From: Ostreococcus lucimarinus | Taxonomy: Eukaryota | Length of the DNA: 64,000 bases | Direction: 5' to 3' (one strand) | Assembly (NCBI GenBank): GCA_000092065.1 | Contig: CP000597.1 | Part shown: positions 20,125-30,883 of the stretch, piece after piece | How positions within the stretch are numbered: position 1 is the first letter of the stretch | Layout of the letters: each line of letters starts with the position of its first letter | Program-made: the position numbers and the translations under genes | Notes under the pieces: generated by a model | What the model was told of the DNA's origin: nothing | Database searches by the model: none | What the model saw: only the letters and a program-made list of their open reading frames with translations

Positions 20125-21721
20125 TACGGGCCGCGGCCCACATCGTGAACACCTCGCTCGGTTCGCCGAAATCTTTGGAGACGAACCCGGAGACGGCGGT
20201 CGGGGAGACGGAACCGCAAAACAGCAGGCGACCGCCGGGCCAGGGGTTGCCGGCGTACCGGCCGCGTAAGACCACGCGGGGAGGGCAGACGGGGACGGAA
20301 CCGTCGCGCGCGTCGGAATCGTCGATGACGTAGACGATGCCCTTGAGTTCAGCCTTGCCCAAGCCGTCTTCGAGGTGCGCGGTGATGGTTCGCGAAGAAC
20401 GCGCGTCGACGTCGTCGTCGTCGGACGCGCGCGCGACGGCGTGCCAACCGCCCCGGTGAGCGCGGTCTCGAGTCGACACGAGGGGCTGGTAGTCGGGAGG
20501 AATCAAGAGCTTGAGCTTGAAGACGACGGCGTCCTTCGGGTCGTACCTCGGGTCGGTTGGGTGAAGCGTGTTCGCGTAGAGACGTGGAACGTCGAACGCG
20601 TATCGAAATCCCCGGTAATTCCCATCCATCGCGTTCGCCGTCGTCGGCGCGTCTGAAACGAGCGCGCGACGCTCGAGATCGCCCGTCGGACGGCCGCCGT
20701 GCGGATACGGACCGCCGCCGATGCGAGTGGGAGGGCATAAGTGGAACCCGTCGCTCGTAAACATCGCCGATAAAAGCGGGATCACGTGACACAGCTCGTG
20801 CGCCATTCCATAACTGTTCGATGCCCACATCGCCGTGCGCGCGAGAGTCCAGTCCTGCGATGGACTTCCACTGCCGATCTTCATTAAATTTCCCACGACC
20901 TTCTCATTCTTCTTCCTCTTCAGTGATATTTGAGCCTCCATAGCGCGCGTAGAGTACGCCGACAGAACTTCGCACATCGCCGGAACGAGCCCTTTAAACC
21001 GAGCTTCAATCGCACTCAACATGTCTTCGCGCGTTCCGTTTTTCCATAACCGACGCAGGCCAGGGTCTTTCACCAACAGTTCTCGAATCAATAGCGGAAT
21101 TATCGGCTTCGCTCGGTCGTCGAAAACCGCGTCGTAGTCGTCCGACGGCCTCGTTCCGCGGGCTCCGGATTCCGAATCGCCGTCGGGATCGTCATAATCG
21201 CAGTGCGTCGGCGCCCAAGGCAGCGGTGGTACGGTCAACGCCTCGACCAAGCCCGCAAAGTTTTCGCGCTCGCTTTCGCGCGCCCGATCGAAATCGACCC
21301 CCCTCTCCCGCTCCGCCCGCTCGCTCTCGCGCTCCGGCTCGCGCGTTCTCGTCAGACACGCGACTTTCAACGCGTACTCGTACGCGCGCGCGTCGTCCCC
21401 GAGCTCTCGAAACGACGCTCCGACGTCGTCGGCTCGCGCCGTCGCCGCCGCCGTCGTCGCGCACGTCTTCAGGAACACCCCTCGCATCGTCCGTCGCGTC
21501 GACGTCGTCCCGTCCGCGCGTCCCGGATGCCTCGCCAGCGCGCCTCGGCACGCGCGCGCCATCCTTCGCTCGTAGTGCGCGTCGTCGTCCGTCGCCGCGT
21601 CCGCGTACGCGCCGCATCGCGAGAACGCCGCGATCGTTCGCGCGTCCATCCACGGCAGGACGCAGTCCGCGAACACGCGCGTCGGGACGACGTCCTCGAG
21701 CGTCGTCGCGTCGCCCGTCAT
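20111..21721 (-). CDS. Hypothetical protein with a zincin-like HExxH motif (…SNSYGMAHELCHVIPLL…)
   Basis: A 536-aa ORF with coding-like composition across its length. The HELCH motif could indicate a metalloprotease-like fold. No family recognised. Confidence 0.5.
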   Translation of the reverse strand: MTGDATTLEDVVPTRVFADCVLPWMDARTIAAFSRCGAYADAATDDDAHYERRMARACRGALARHPGRADGTTSTRRTMRGVFLKTCATTAAATARADDVGASFRELGDDARAYEYALKVACLTRTREPERESERAERERGVDFDRARESERENFAGLVEALTVPPLPWAPTHCDYDDPDGDSESGARGTRPSDDYDAVFDDRAKPIIPLLIRELLVKDPGLRRLWKNGTREDMLSAIEARFKGLVPAMCEVLSAYSTRAMEAQISLKRKKNEKVVGNLMKIGSGSPSQDWTLARTAMWASNSYGMAHELCHVIPLLSAMFTSDGFHLCPPTRIGGGPYPHGGRPTGDLERRALVSDAPTTANAMDGNYRGFRYAFDVPRLYANTLHPTDPRYDPKDAVVFKLKLLIPPDYQPLVSTRDRAHRGGWHAVARASDDDDVDARSSRTITAHLEDGLGKAELKGIVYVIDDSDARDGSVPVCPPRVVLRGRYAGNPWPGGRLLFCGSVSPTAVSGFVSKDFGEPSEVFTMWAAARSHSQ

Positions 21722-21779
21722 CGCGCGTCATCGAGTGGCGCCGCATCGCGAGGCGTCTGCGCGCGGCATCGCGCGACGC

Positions 21780-23027
21780 ATGGCGCCGCGCGCCGCGAGC
21801 GACGCGCCGGCGCTGCCGTGCGCCGCGCGCGACGCGCGGTCGTCGCGAAGGCGGACGATGTCGCGAAAGTGGGACCGATTCGCGTCGCGCGGCGACCCGA
21901 CGCCGCTGTGGGTGGCGGACATGGATTTCAGCGCCCCGCGCGCGGTCGTCGACGCGGTGACGGCGATCGCGCGCGCGGGGCACTACGGGTACGCCGATCC
22001 GGACGATGCGGTGACGGAGGCGGCGACGGCGCGGTTTCGGGAGCGGCACGGCGTCGCGGACGCGAACGCGAACGCCCTGCGATGGCTTCCGGGACTGAAT
22101 CCGGGACTCAATCACGCCGTGCGCGCGGCGCGTCGCGCGCGGGGGGGACGAGCGGTCGTCACGGCGGTGTGCACGCCGATTTATCCACCGTTTTTGCACG
22201 CGTCGAGGAACGACGAAAGCGCGAGAGTCGAGGTGGCGCTGAGGCGAGCGATCGAAGACGGACGCGCGCGGTACTCGATCGATTGGGAAGCGCTCGAAAC
22301 CGCGCTGGCGAGAGAAGACGTCGGGTTGCTGCTGTGGTGCAATCCGCACAACCCGGTGGGACGGGTGTGGACGAGGGACGAGATGGTTCGCGTCGCGAGG
22401 CTGTGCGTAAAGCACGACGTCGTTTTGTGCTCGGATGAAGTGTGGCGGGAGTTGATTTTGGACGAAAAGGCGACGCCATTTTGCGGCGCGGGCTCGATTT
22501 TGGACGAAGTCGACGGTTTGCGCGAGCGATTGATCATCATGACGTCGCCTTCGAAGACGTACAACGTCGCGGGGTGCGACGTCGCGATGGCGTACATCGC
22601 CGATAAAGCTCTGCGGCTGCACTTCGCGCGCGCTGGCTCGGATAAAGCCGAAATCACGCCTTTTGGCTACGCCGCGACGCTGGCGGCTTACACAGATCCC
22701 TCGTGCGAAGAGTGGCGGCAGCGCCTTTTGACGTACTTGCGAGCGAATCGCGACCACATCGACGCCGCGCTCTCAGACGACGCCAACGCGCGTGAGCTCA
22801 TGACTTGGACAGTACCTGACGCGTCGTATTTGATGTGGCTCAACTGTGAAAAACTCGTCGATCGCGTCGAGCGATCGCCGTTCGAGCATTTCATCGAACA
22901 CGGCGTGGCGTTGAGCGACGGCGCTCCGTTCTCGGCGCCGCTCAGCGCGCGCATCAACTTCGCCACGAGGCGCGATATCTTAGATCAAGGTCTCGACAGC
23001 ATCGTGACCGCACTCGAGCGGGCGTAA
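21780..23027 (+). CDS. PLP-dependent class I/II aminotransferase, C-S lyase (MalY/PatB cystathionine beta-lyase-like)
   Basis: KWDRFASRGDPTPLWVADMDF resembles the MalY N-terminus. The PLP-lysine motif IIMTSPSKTYNVAGC is present. The track start at 21735 is GTG; ATGs lie at 21780 and 21858. Confidence 0.8.
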   Translation: MAPRAASDAPALPCAARDARSSRRRTMSRKWDRFASRGDPTPLWVADMDFSAPRAVVDAVTAIARAGHYGYADPDDAVTEAATARFRERHGVADANANALRWLPGLNPGLNHAVRAARRARGGRAVVTAVCTPIYPPFLHASRNDESARVEVALRRAIEDGRARYSIDWEALETALAREDVGLLLWCNPHNPVGRVWTRDEMVRVARLCVKHDVVLCSDEVWRELILDEKATPFCGAGSILDEVDGLRERLIIMTSPSKTYNVAGCDVAMAYIADKALRLHFARAGSDKAEITPFGYAATLAAYTDPSCEEWRQRLLTYLRANRDHIDAALSDDANARELMTWTVPDASYLMWLNCEKLVDRVERSPFEHFIEHGVALSDGAPFSAPLSARINFATRRDILDQGLDSIVTALERA

Positions 23028-23088
23028 TATCGAACTGAATCGAATTGAATTGTAACTTACATGCATTGATACCTTCCTATACAGGCGA

Positions 23089-23835
23089 CTACGACTTTTG
23101 CGGTTCTCGCAAAGTATTCGGTTGCGCCCTGGGCGCGATTCGTCCCTTACTCGCCTTCTTCGACGCCTCCGCGCGTATGCGCTCTAATTTCTGCCTCGGT
23201 GTCTCCGGTGCCTTGGTCAAAGGCGACGATTTTGGATTTTCTTTCGTGTACCGCACCACACGCTCGTCCTCCTTTCCGCCGAGCGTGATAATTTTTTCCT
23301 TTTCATACGTCAATTTCTTCTTCCCATACCTCTCCCTTTGCATCTTATCCGCGTACGGTCTCGGCAACCCGCTCCTCGTCATCCACTTATAATTCTTCCC
23401 GAGCGCCTCCATCCGTCGTTTCGCCGCCGCCGTCTGATGAAACGTATTCCACGCGTAAAACGCCAAGCCCGCCGCGCCGACGAGCAACAGCACCACCAGC
23501 AGCACCCTTCGCAATCGATCGCGTTTCATCTTCGCCCTGCGGCTTCGAAACCACGCGTTCACCGCTTGTTCCGTCGTACCGATCTGTTTCGCCAGCCTCC
23601 GTCGCGTCGCCGCGTCGGGTCGTCGTTCGAGTTCGAAGACGCCGCGCAGAATCTCCGCGCCGGCGTCGCTCACCCCCGTTTGCCGCGCCTTCGCCTCATC
23701 CAGCGCGCGCGCCATCGTTCGTCGCCGAAGCGTCGACGCGCTCGAGGACGACACCGTCGACGCGCCGGTCTCGCTCGACGTCGCGCTCGAGCGAGCGACG
23801 CGCGCGTCGTCACCGAAACTCTCCCGTCGCGACAT
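23089..23835 (-). CDS. Hypothetical protein with a homeodomain-helix-3-like segment (TEQAVNAWFRSRRAKMKR) followed by a transmembrane helix
   Basis: WFxxRRxKxKR mimics the homeodomain recognition helix. It is followed by VLLVVLLLVGAAGLAFYAW and a lysine-rich tail. The long R/S-rich extension upstream, out to 24624, is probably not coding. Confidence 0.35.
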   Translation of the reverse strand: MSRRESFGDDARVARSSATSSETGASTVSSSSASTLRRRTMARALDEAKARQTGVSDAGAEILRGVFELERRPDAATRRRLAKQIGTTEQAVNAWFRSRRAKMKRDRLRRVLLVVLLLVGAAGLAFYAWNTFHQTAAAKRRMEALGKNYKWMTRSGLPRPYADKMQRERYGKKKLTYEKEKIITLGGKEDERVVRYTKENPKSSPLTKAPETPRQKLERIRAEASKKASKGRIAPRAQPNTLREPQKS

Positions 23836-24143
23836 CGCGGTCGCGCGCGCGATCGCTCGCTCGCTCGCGCGCGCGCGCGAGTCGCTCGAACGACGCGTCG
23901 CGCGTCTCCGTCGCTCGTCGCGCGCCGATCGCGATCGCGCGCGTCCCGGGCGACGACGTGTGGCGTCGCGTCGCGCGCGGCCGCGCGTCCATCTTCGCCG
24001 CCCGCCGCACTGCGCGTCGCGCGAAAGCGCTCGATCGCGACGCGCGCGCGCGGAATCGCGAGACGAACGCCTCGCGCGCCCGCTCGACGCCGCGATCGAT
24101 CGCGTCGACCGTCGCGACGCGCGAGAGCGACGGAATCGTGACG

Positions 24144-24986
24144 ATGCGCGCCGACGCCTCGATCGCGGCGTCGCGACGATTCTTCGTCGTCGCGTTCGCG
24201 CTCGCGTGCGCGCTCGCGGGCGTCGCGCGCGCGCGCGCGTACGGCTACGATCCGTGCGCGTCGTCCGGCGAGCGCGGGATCGAGATCGCGGGCGCGGTGA
24301 CGATCGGGTTGGCGTTTTGGCCCGGCGGCGCGCTCGAGCGCTGGGACGGGTATCACCCGTGCGCGCAGAGGGCGCAGCTCGCGGCGCTGGGCGTCGGAAC
24401 GACGTCGTTCGTGATAAACAGCGCGGAGCTGACGGCGCTGCGAGGCACGCGGGCGGACGAGGATGGGCTGTACGCGACGAACGCGAGCGCGACGATGATG
24501 TCCGTCGTCGCGTACACGGCGACGCGGGTGAGCGCGCCGAGAGCGGTGCGGTTGGAGGCGGCGGAGCCGACGAACGCGAACGGACGAAGCGGTCGGGTGA
24601 ACGCGCTGACGCTGTTAGTGACATTAGACGGTGGGGACGTGAAGTATTTGCGTTGGCACGACGGCGGGTGCGGAGCGTGCGGCGGCGTCGGGGACGCGCG
24701 GTGCTTGTCCGTGGGCGACGGCGACGTCGCGTGCTCGGCGTCGTTGGCGGGATGCGATGGCACGTGCTCGGGCTCGGCGTGCGACGTGGATTTAGCCACC
24801 GCAGATGCGTTGCGGTGTCAGCTCACGGTGACGGTGGCGACGAGCGGGACGGATAAAAACGACGAAGTCTTCGTCTTGGGTAGCCAGCTCGAGCGGCTTT
24901 CAATGTACGCGAGCTCGGGGGCGTACGCGAGCGCCTCGGCGCAGTCCACGGCGGCGGTGACGGGAGTGACGGGATTCCTCGGTTGA
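24144..24986 (+). CDS. Hypothetical secreted Cys/Gly-rich protein
   Basis: From the ATG at 24144: MRADASIAASRRFFVVAFALACALAGVARARA, a signal-peptide-like start, then …WHDGGCGACGGVGDARCLSVGDGDVACSASLAGCDGTCSGSACDVD…. It overlaps an opposite-strand low-complexity ORF. Confidence 0.4.
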   Translation: MRADASIAASRRFFVVAFALACALAGVARARAYGYDPCASSGERGIEIAGAVTIGLAFWPGGALERWDGYHPCAQRAQLAALGVGTTSFVINSAELTALRGTRADEDGLYATNASATMMSVVAYTATRVSAPRAVRLEAAEPTNANGRSGRVNALTLLVTLDGGDVKYLRWHDGGCGACGGVGDARCLSVGDGDVACSASLAGCDGTCSGSACDVDLATADALRCQLTVTVATSGTDKNDEVFVLGSQLERLSMYASSGAYASASAQSTAAVTGVTGFLG

Positions 24987-25047
24987 GCGTTTTGAGCGTT
25001 TGTTCGCGAAAATCTAACGCGTCTTGTTACACGGTTTGTTCTTTCTT

Positions 25048-25756
25048 CTATAACGACAGGTCGCCGGCGAGAATGTCGGCCAGTTTTTCCAAACGCTCCT
25101 CCTCCTTTAACGCCAACGCGTCGTCGTACAACGCGGCTATGCGCGCCTGCACCACGCCCTCGCCCATCGCGCTCGGCGACTCGGCCGCGTCGTCGCCGAG
25201 CAGCCCGTTTGCCACCGCCAGCGCCTCGACGTCCTCGCGCGTCCTCGTCGTCGTCGTCGCCCGCATCTCTCTCCCCAAATCACTCTCTTCCCCTAAACTC
25301 TTCAGTTCCAACACGTCCCACATCGTCGCTTCCAACGCCGCTATCGTCCTTCGAACGCCGTGCGCGTCCTCGTCCTTCGCCGCGTCCCTCGTCAGCGCCT
25401 CGTCCGCCGCCGCGTCGTCCAACCGCACCTCCACCACCTCAAACATCCGATCCAGCGCCCACGCCCGCACGTCTTCGGGCACGCCCGTCTCGCGCGCCTC
25501 GCTCACGTCGTACGCCACGATCCGCGCGTCGACGCCCTCGAACGCTTCCGTCGCGTCCTCGTCGTCTCGCGCGTCCCGCTCGAGCGCGTCCCGCCCGCGC
25601 GCGAACTCCTCCGCGCTCCCGCACGCCAGCACCACCGCGCGCGCGCGTCCACGACGCGCGCGCGACGCACTCTCGCGTTTCTCGCCCGCCGTCGCGTCGT
25701 CGACGACGCGCGCGCGCACGTCGGCGACGTAATACTTCGTGTCCAGCGTCCAGCGT

Positions 25757-25790
<34 letters not shown>

Positions 25791-25923
25791 GCGCGCCGAG
25801 CGTCGCGCGCACGGCGTCGACGTACGCCATCGCGCGCGCGCCGTACACGTCGCACGCGTTGGCGCGCATGCTCGCGCGCGACGCGTCGGCGCGCGTCGCT
25901 GTGCCGCACTGCGGGACGCGCAT
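25048..25923 (-). CDS. Alpha- and gamma-adaptin-binding protein p34 (AAGAB)-like
   Basis: GRWTLDTKYYVADVRARVV aligns to human AAGAB PWTIDNKYYSADINLCVV. Further matches are VVLACGS/VVYFDST, ARIVAYDVSEA/VMILVCDRVSE and WALDRMFEVVEV/WCIKHGFELVEL. The acidic C-terminal tail also matches. Confidence 0.7.
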
Positions 25924-26065
25924 GTTCGAGCGCGGCGCGCTCGCGCGGCTCGGACGACGCGCGGTCGAGCGCGCGCGCGCGCCGGCGCTCCGTCCAGAGC
26001 GCGGCGCGGCCGGCGCGGCGCACGCGCGGCGACGACGCGCGCGCGCGACGACGACGACGACGACG

Positions 26066-27931
26066 ATGACGTCGAAACCTTTGGACCTGCACGACTCGTT
26101 CGAGGACGCGGCGCGACGCGCGGGCGCGCAGACGTGGATCGAAAGCCTGGACGAGGACCCGGAATCGAGCGCGCGCGCGCCGAACCGAACGTCGCGAGAG
26201 GTGAGATCGGGGCACTACGTGGAGGTCGAGCCCGAGGCGCTGGCGAACCCTCGCGCGCGGTTGGCGTCGACGACGTGCGCGGAGGCGATCGGGTTTAAAA
26301 TCGCGCGAGAGTGCGAAAACTTGGAGGATGGGTTCGTGAAATATTTCAGCGGTGACGTCGGGGGGGCGCGGGAGACGACGATGCGGACGTGGGCGACGCC
26401 GTACGCGCTGAGCATCATGGGACAGCGGATGACGAGCAACTGTCCGTTCGGAAACGGGAACGGGTACGGCGATGGACGCGCGATTTCGGTGGGAGAGATG
26501 GTGAATCCGGTGACTGGACAGAGGTATGAGCTCCAGTTGAAGGGGGGGGGGCGGACGCCGTTTTGTCGCGGCGCGGATGGACGCGCGGTGTTGAGGAGTT
26601 CGATTCGAGAATTTTTGGCGAGCGAGGCGATGCACGCGTTGGGGGTGGATACGACGCGGGCGTTGTGTTTGATCGAAAGCGTTCGCGGGACGACGGCGCG
26701 AAGGCCCTGGTACAGCCCGACGAGCGACGAGGAACACGCCAAGCGCGTGCCCACGGTGGATGACCCGAGACTGAAGGATTACCCGCCCGAGCAACGCGTG
26801 GAAATCGTGGAAATGTTAAAGCAACAGAAACGCGATCCGGACATCATGATACAAGAGCCGTGCGCGATCACGACGCGCGTTGCGCCGAGTTTCATGCGCA
26901 TCGGGCACATTGATCTGTTTTCGCGACGCGCGACGGCGCCTCGAGCGACGGCGCTTCAGAAGGAACAGCTCAAGAAAATCATTCGCCACGCGGCGTTTCG
27001 AGAGTTCCCAGAGACTATCGAAGAGCACGGAGAAGACATGGCGAAAGTCACTCGATCGATGCTCGAAAAATCTGGCAAGAAAATAGCGAAAATGGTCGCG
27101 GGATGGATCCGCGTCGGGTTTTGTCAAGGAAATTTTAACGCCGACAACTGTCTCGTCGGCGGACGAACGATGGATTACGGCCCCTTTGGTTTCATGGACA
27201 AGTACGACCCCTCGTTCGCCAAGTGGACGGGGAGCGGTGATCACTTTGCGTTCATGGCGCAACCCAAAGCTGGGCTCACGAATTTCGCCGTGCTGGCGGT
27301 TTCGTGCGCGCCTTTACTCGCGGGCGGCTCGGACGAGGCGACGGAGCTCGTGCGCGAGATGGAGGCGACGTTTGAGAACGAACTCAACGACGTCTTCCGC
27401 GCCAAGCTCGGGTTTGCGCCGAACGAAGACTCAGTGCGCGTCGCGCGCGACTTGTTCCGCTCAGAAAATGGTCTCGAAGGTTTGATGTACGAGAGCCAGG
27501 CGGATTGGACGGTGACTTGGAGACGGCTCGCGGAGTGCGCCGAAGTCGCCGACGAGAGCGACGACGAGGCGCTTCTCGCCCCGTTGCTGGAGACGTGCTT
27601 TTACGGTAATTCGATGAATGATGAGCGCAAAGCGAGCTGGTGCGCCTTCATACGTCGATGGAGAGACGCACTGAAGGCGTCTGGGACGTCGCTCGCCGAC
27701 GCAGCGAAGCGCATGCGCTCGGAGAATCCAAAGTACGTCTTGCGCGAGCACTTGCTCGTCGATGCGTACACCAAAGCCTCCGACGGCGACTTTTCGCTCG
27801 CTGAAGAGTTGTTTGAGCTCACGCAGCACCCGTACGGGGGTGAAGGCGACGATGCGAAGTACGACGCAAAGTATTTTGTCAAGGCGCCCGAGGAGGCGCT
27901 GACGTCTGGCGGCGTCGCGTTCATGTCTTGA
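26066..27931 (+). CDS. SelO/YdiU-family protein adenylyltransferase (selenoprotein O-like, UPF0061)
   Basis: [46 protein letters not shown] matches the SelO core [31 protein letters not shown].LG. It runs full length from the ATG at 26066. The track ORF extends upstream to 25739 through low complexity. Confidence 0.85.
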   Translation: [621 protein letters not shown]

Positions 27932-28135
27932 TCCTCGTAAGCGAGTCCACTGTTCTTTGAACGGGCTCGCGCGGTCGCAAACGATTGAATTGATTAGTAC
28001 GCTCGGTGTCGTTCACATCTCCACCCACTACGGTGGAAGACGTGACGCGACGACTCGAAACGCGTTTTTAACGCGCGAGCCGTCGCCGATTTTTTGGAAC
28101 GACCCAAATTCGTTTTGTAACGCTAAATTACATTG

Positions 28136-29455
28136 CTAAAGCGATCCCAACTCCGTGGCTTGAATTCGAGTGTACTGCACCACGGGACGACCCGATCCGA
28201 ACATGATGCCGTCTCGCCACCATAAGTACGCGGTGACGGCGATAATGGACGAGAGAAGAACGATGAAGCACGCCAACCAAAGCGAGCCTCCGACCGCCGT
28301 CCCGTGTCGTCTCAACGCCTCCTTGCGATGTTCGACTTGATCGGGATCTACAGGTGGAGGCGGCGGTGGTGGCGACGGATCCGCCGTCGGACTCGCTTGC
28401 CCGAGCGGTGTCCGCAGCGCGCTCGCGCAAAACGCCAAAGTCGCCGAGACGTCGATGTCTCTTCGAGTCTTTTCCTCGTTCACGGCCGCCACGCACACCG
28501 TCTTGATGCGATCGTTCGCGCTCAAATCGCACCCTTCACGACTTTTCACGTCGTCGTATTCGTATTTTGACATCAACGCCGCGCCGAGCGCTCGAGCGCA
28601 CGCCTCGGTCTCGCGCTCGCCCTCCCCCGCGCCGACTAAATCGCTCGACTCGCACGCCCTCGTCGCGTCTTCCACCCCTCGCGCTAAACCAGCGTCGACG
28701 TGCGCCTCGACGACGCCGAATCGGCACGAACGCACGCCATCCACACCATTCGCCCTACCGCACGCCTCCCACGCGTCTCGCGTCGCCCTCTCGACCGCCT
28801 TCGTCGCCCTTCGCGTCGCCCGACCGACGGCGCGCGCGCACGTCCCGTACTTCCCCCCCCCAACCTCATCGCACGTCCTCAGCGCTCGCTCCACCACCGC
28901 CTCGACGTCCCCATTCGTCATCTCTCCCACGATGCGCTCCACCACGCGCTCGAGCACGCCCTCGACGCACCCTCCCTCGCACGTCGCGTCCGCGTCGTCG
29001 CCGCACGCGCTCGCCCCCCCGTCCCCCCTCGCCTCGTCGTACGCCCGCTCCCGCCCGATCGCCCGCCCGACGCCCGCGCACGTCCCCAACAGCGCCTTTC
29101 GCGCCCCCGTCTCGCCCTCGTTCGGCGTCTCCATCGCGCGCGTCGTCGTCGCTCTCGCCGCGCACGTCGCCGCCGCCGCGTCCCGCGCGCCGTCGCGACA
29201 TCGCGTCAGCAGCGCCTCCGTCGCGCACGCCTCGCGGTCGGCGCTCGACGCGCACGTCGCCGCGATCTCGTCCGCGACCTCGCTCCACGTCGTCGGCGCC
29301 CGCGCGTCGTCGAGACGAGACGCGCGAAGATTCGGATTCGTCGCGCGCGGCGCGATCGCGCGCGCGCTCGCTCGCGTCGCCGTCGCGCCCCGCGCGAGCG
29401 CGGCGACGCAGACGACGCAGACGGCGATCGCGCGTCGACGCGCGCCGTCGCGCAT
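28136..29455 (-). CDS. Hypothetical type-I membrane protein: signal peptide, Cys-rich ectodomain, poly-Pro stalk, one TM helix, short cytoplasmic tail
   Basis: MRDGARRRAIAVCVVCVAALARG…, then many spaced Cys residues, …PTADPSPPPPPPPVDP…, and SLWLACFIVLLSSIIAVTAYLWW. The opposite-strand R/P/S-rich ORFs 28455..29801 and 28567..30639 are rejected. Confidence 0.55.
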   Translation of the reverse strand: MRDGARRRAIAVCVVCVAALARGATATRASARAIAPRATNPNLRASRLDDARAPTTWSEVADEIAATCASSADREACATEALLTRCRDGARDAAAATCAARATTTRAMETPNEGETGARKALLGTCAGVGRAIGRERAYDEARGDGGASACGDDADATCEGGCVEGVLERVVERIVGEMTNGDVEAVVERALRTCDEVGGGKYGTCARAVGRATRRATKAVERATRDAWEACGRANGVDGVRSCRFGVVEAHVDAGLARGVEDATRACESSDLVGAGEGERETEACARALGAALMSKYEYDDVKSREGCDLSANDRIKTVCVAAVNEEKTRRDIDVSATLAFCASALRTPLGQASPTADPSPPPPPPPVDPDQVEHRKEALRRHGTAVGGSLWLACFIVLLSSIIAVTAYLWWRDGIMFGSGRPVVQYTRIQATELGSL

Positions 29456-29509
29456 CTCGTCTCGACGTCGCGACGTCGCGATGTGCCGTCGCGGTGATTT
29501 CGCGACGCG

Positions 29510-30796
29510 ATGGCGAACGGCGACGCGCGGCGACGGCGCGCGCGCGTCGACGTCGGCGACGCGACGCGCGACGAATCGCGCGACGCGATCGCCGTCGCGC
29601 TCGACGGCGACGCGTTCGGACGCGACGCGACGCGACGCGCGACGAACGCGCTGGCGACGCTGCGAGATTACGACGACGGGGGAGACGACGACGACGACGA
29701 GATCGCGCGCGACGACGGGACGAACGAGGCGTTACCGCTCGGGTGGAAACGCGCGATCGACGCCGCGAGCGGGCGAGGGTACTACTACAACAAGTCCCTG
29801 AACGCGTCGTCGTGGACGCGGCCGACGACGACGACGACGACGAGGGAACGAGGGACGACGAAGGGACGCGAAGGCGACGATGGGGGAGACGGCGAAGACG
29901 ACGAAACGAACGACGCGACGTTAAACGCGCGGGCGCGCGCGAGAGGGTTGATGGAGGCGTACGAGGCGAGGTGCGCGGACGTGGGCGCGCGGGCGGCGGC
30001 GACGCCGAGCGCGGCGCTGCGATACGCCGAGTTGATGGAGGTCGTGAACGGACGACGCGACGACGTGGGGGCGGAGAGATTGCGAGCGATCGAGCGAGGG
30101 ATGGATGCGGACGTCGAGGCGTACGAGGCGTGGACGAGGGAGGCGGAGGAAGAGACGGCGCGCGAGGAGGCGGCGGCGACGACGAGGGAGGGCGAGGCGG
30201 ACGCGGCGGAAGCGGCGGAAGCGGTCGTCGTCGACGCGCGCGCGAAGGGGACGATACGTCGACCTCCGGCGCCGCCGTTACCGACGCACGAAGCGTTCGT
30301 CGCGCCGCCGGCGCCGCCGGCGAAGAAACCAAAGCGCTCCGCGGCGGCGGCGCTGAGCCACGCCAAGAGACTCGGGGGCGACGTTCAGAAGTGGGCCAAG
30401 CTGCGCGACGTGGAAGCGGAAGACGCGAGGCCCGCGAAGGCGAGCGAACGCATGGAGGCCGAACGCGCGCGCGAGCTCGAGGAATGGCGAAAGGATCGCA
30501 TTCGAGACGGCGTCGATGGGTCGAAGAATCCAAACTTTTTACCCGTCGGCGACTGGCGCGCGCGCGTCAAAGCGGCGGCGGCGAAGACCAAACTCGAGGA
30601 GTTTCGCGCGCGCCGAGAGGATCAAGCGCGAGTGAATAAAACGGCGACGATAGAACGGTCGAACGCAGACGACGCGAGCGCAGAGCTCGAAGCGCCGCTT
30701 CCACCCGGCTGGCGCGCCTTCGTCGACGACGAATCGGGCCGCGTCTACTTCGGCAACTTTGACACGAAGCGAACGACGTGGGAACGACCGCGGTAG
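29510..30796 (+). CDS. Protein with two WW domains flanking a charged helical region
   Basis: The N-terminal WW domain is LPLGWKRAIDAASGRGYYYNKSLNASSWTRP. The C-terminal WW domain is LPPGWRAFVDDESGRVYFGNFDTKRTTWERP. The start is an ATG at 29510. Confidence 0.7.
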   Translation: MANGDARRRRARVDVGDATRDESRDAIAVALDGDAFGRDATRRATNALATLRDYDDGGDDDDDEIARDDGTNEALPLGWKRAIDAASGRGYYYNKSLNASSWTRPTTTTTTRERGTTKGREGDDGGDGEDDETNDATLNARARARGLMEAYEARCADVGARAAATPSAALRYAELMEVVNGRRDDVGAERLRAIERGMDADVEAYEAWTREAEEETAREEAAATTREGEADAAEAAEAVVVDARAKGTIRRPPAPPLPTHEAFVAPPAPPAKKPKRSAAAALSHAKRLGGDVQKWAKLRDVEAEDARPAKASERMEAERARELEEWRKDRIRDGVDGSKNPNFLPVGDWRARVKAAAAKTKLEEFRARREDQARVNKTATIERSNADDASAELEAPLPPGWRAFVDDESGRVYFGNFDTKRTTWERPR

Positions 30797-30883
30797 CGAA
30801 ATCTTAGAAAACATAGACCTAGCGATGCGTAAAATAGAAAATCTAGCAAAAACTACTCATACCCGCGAGAACTACCCGCGCGT

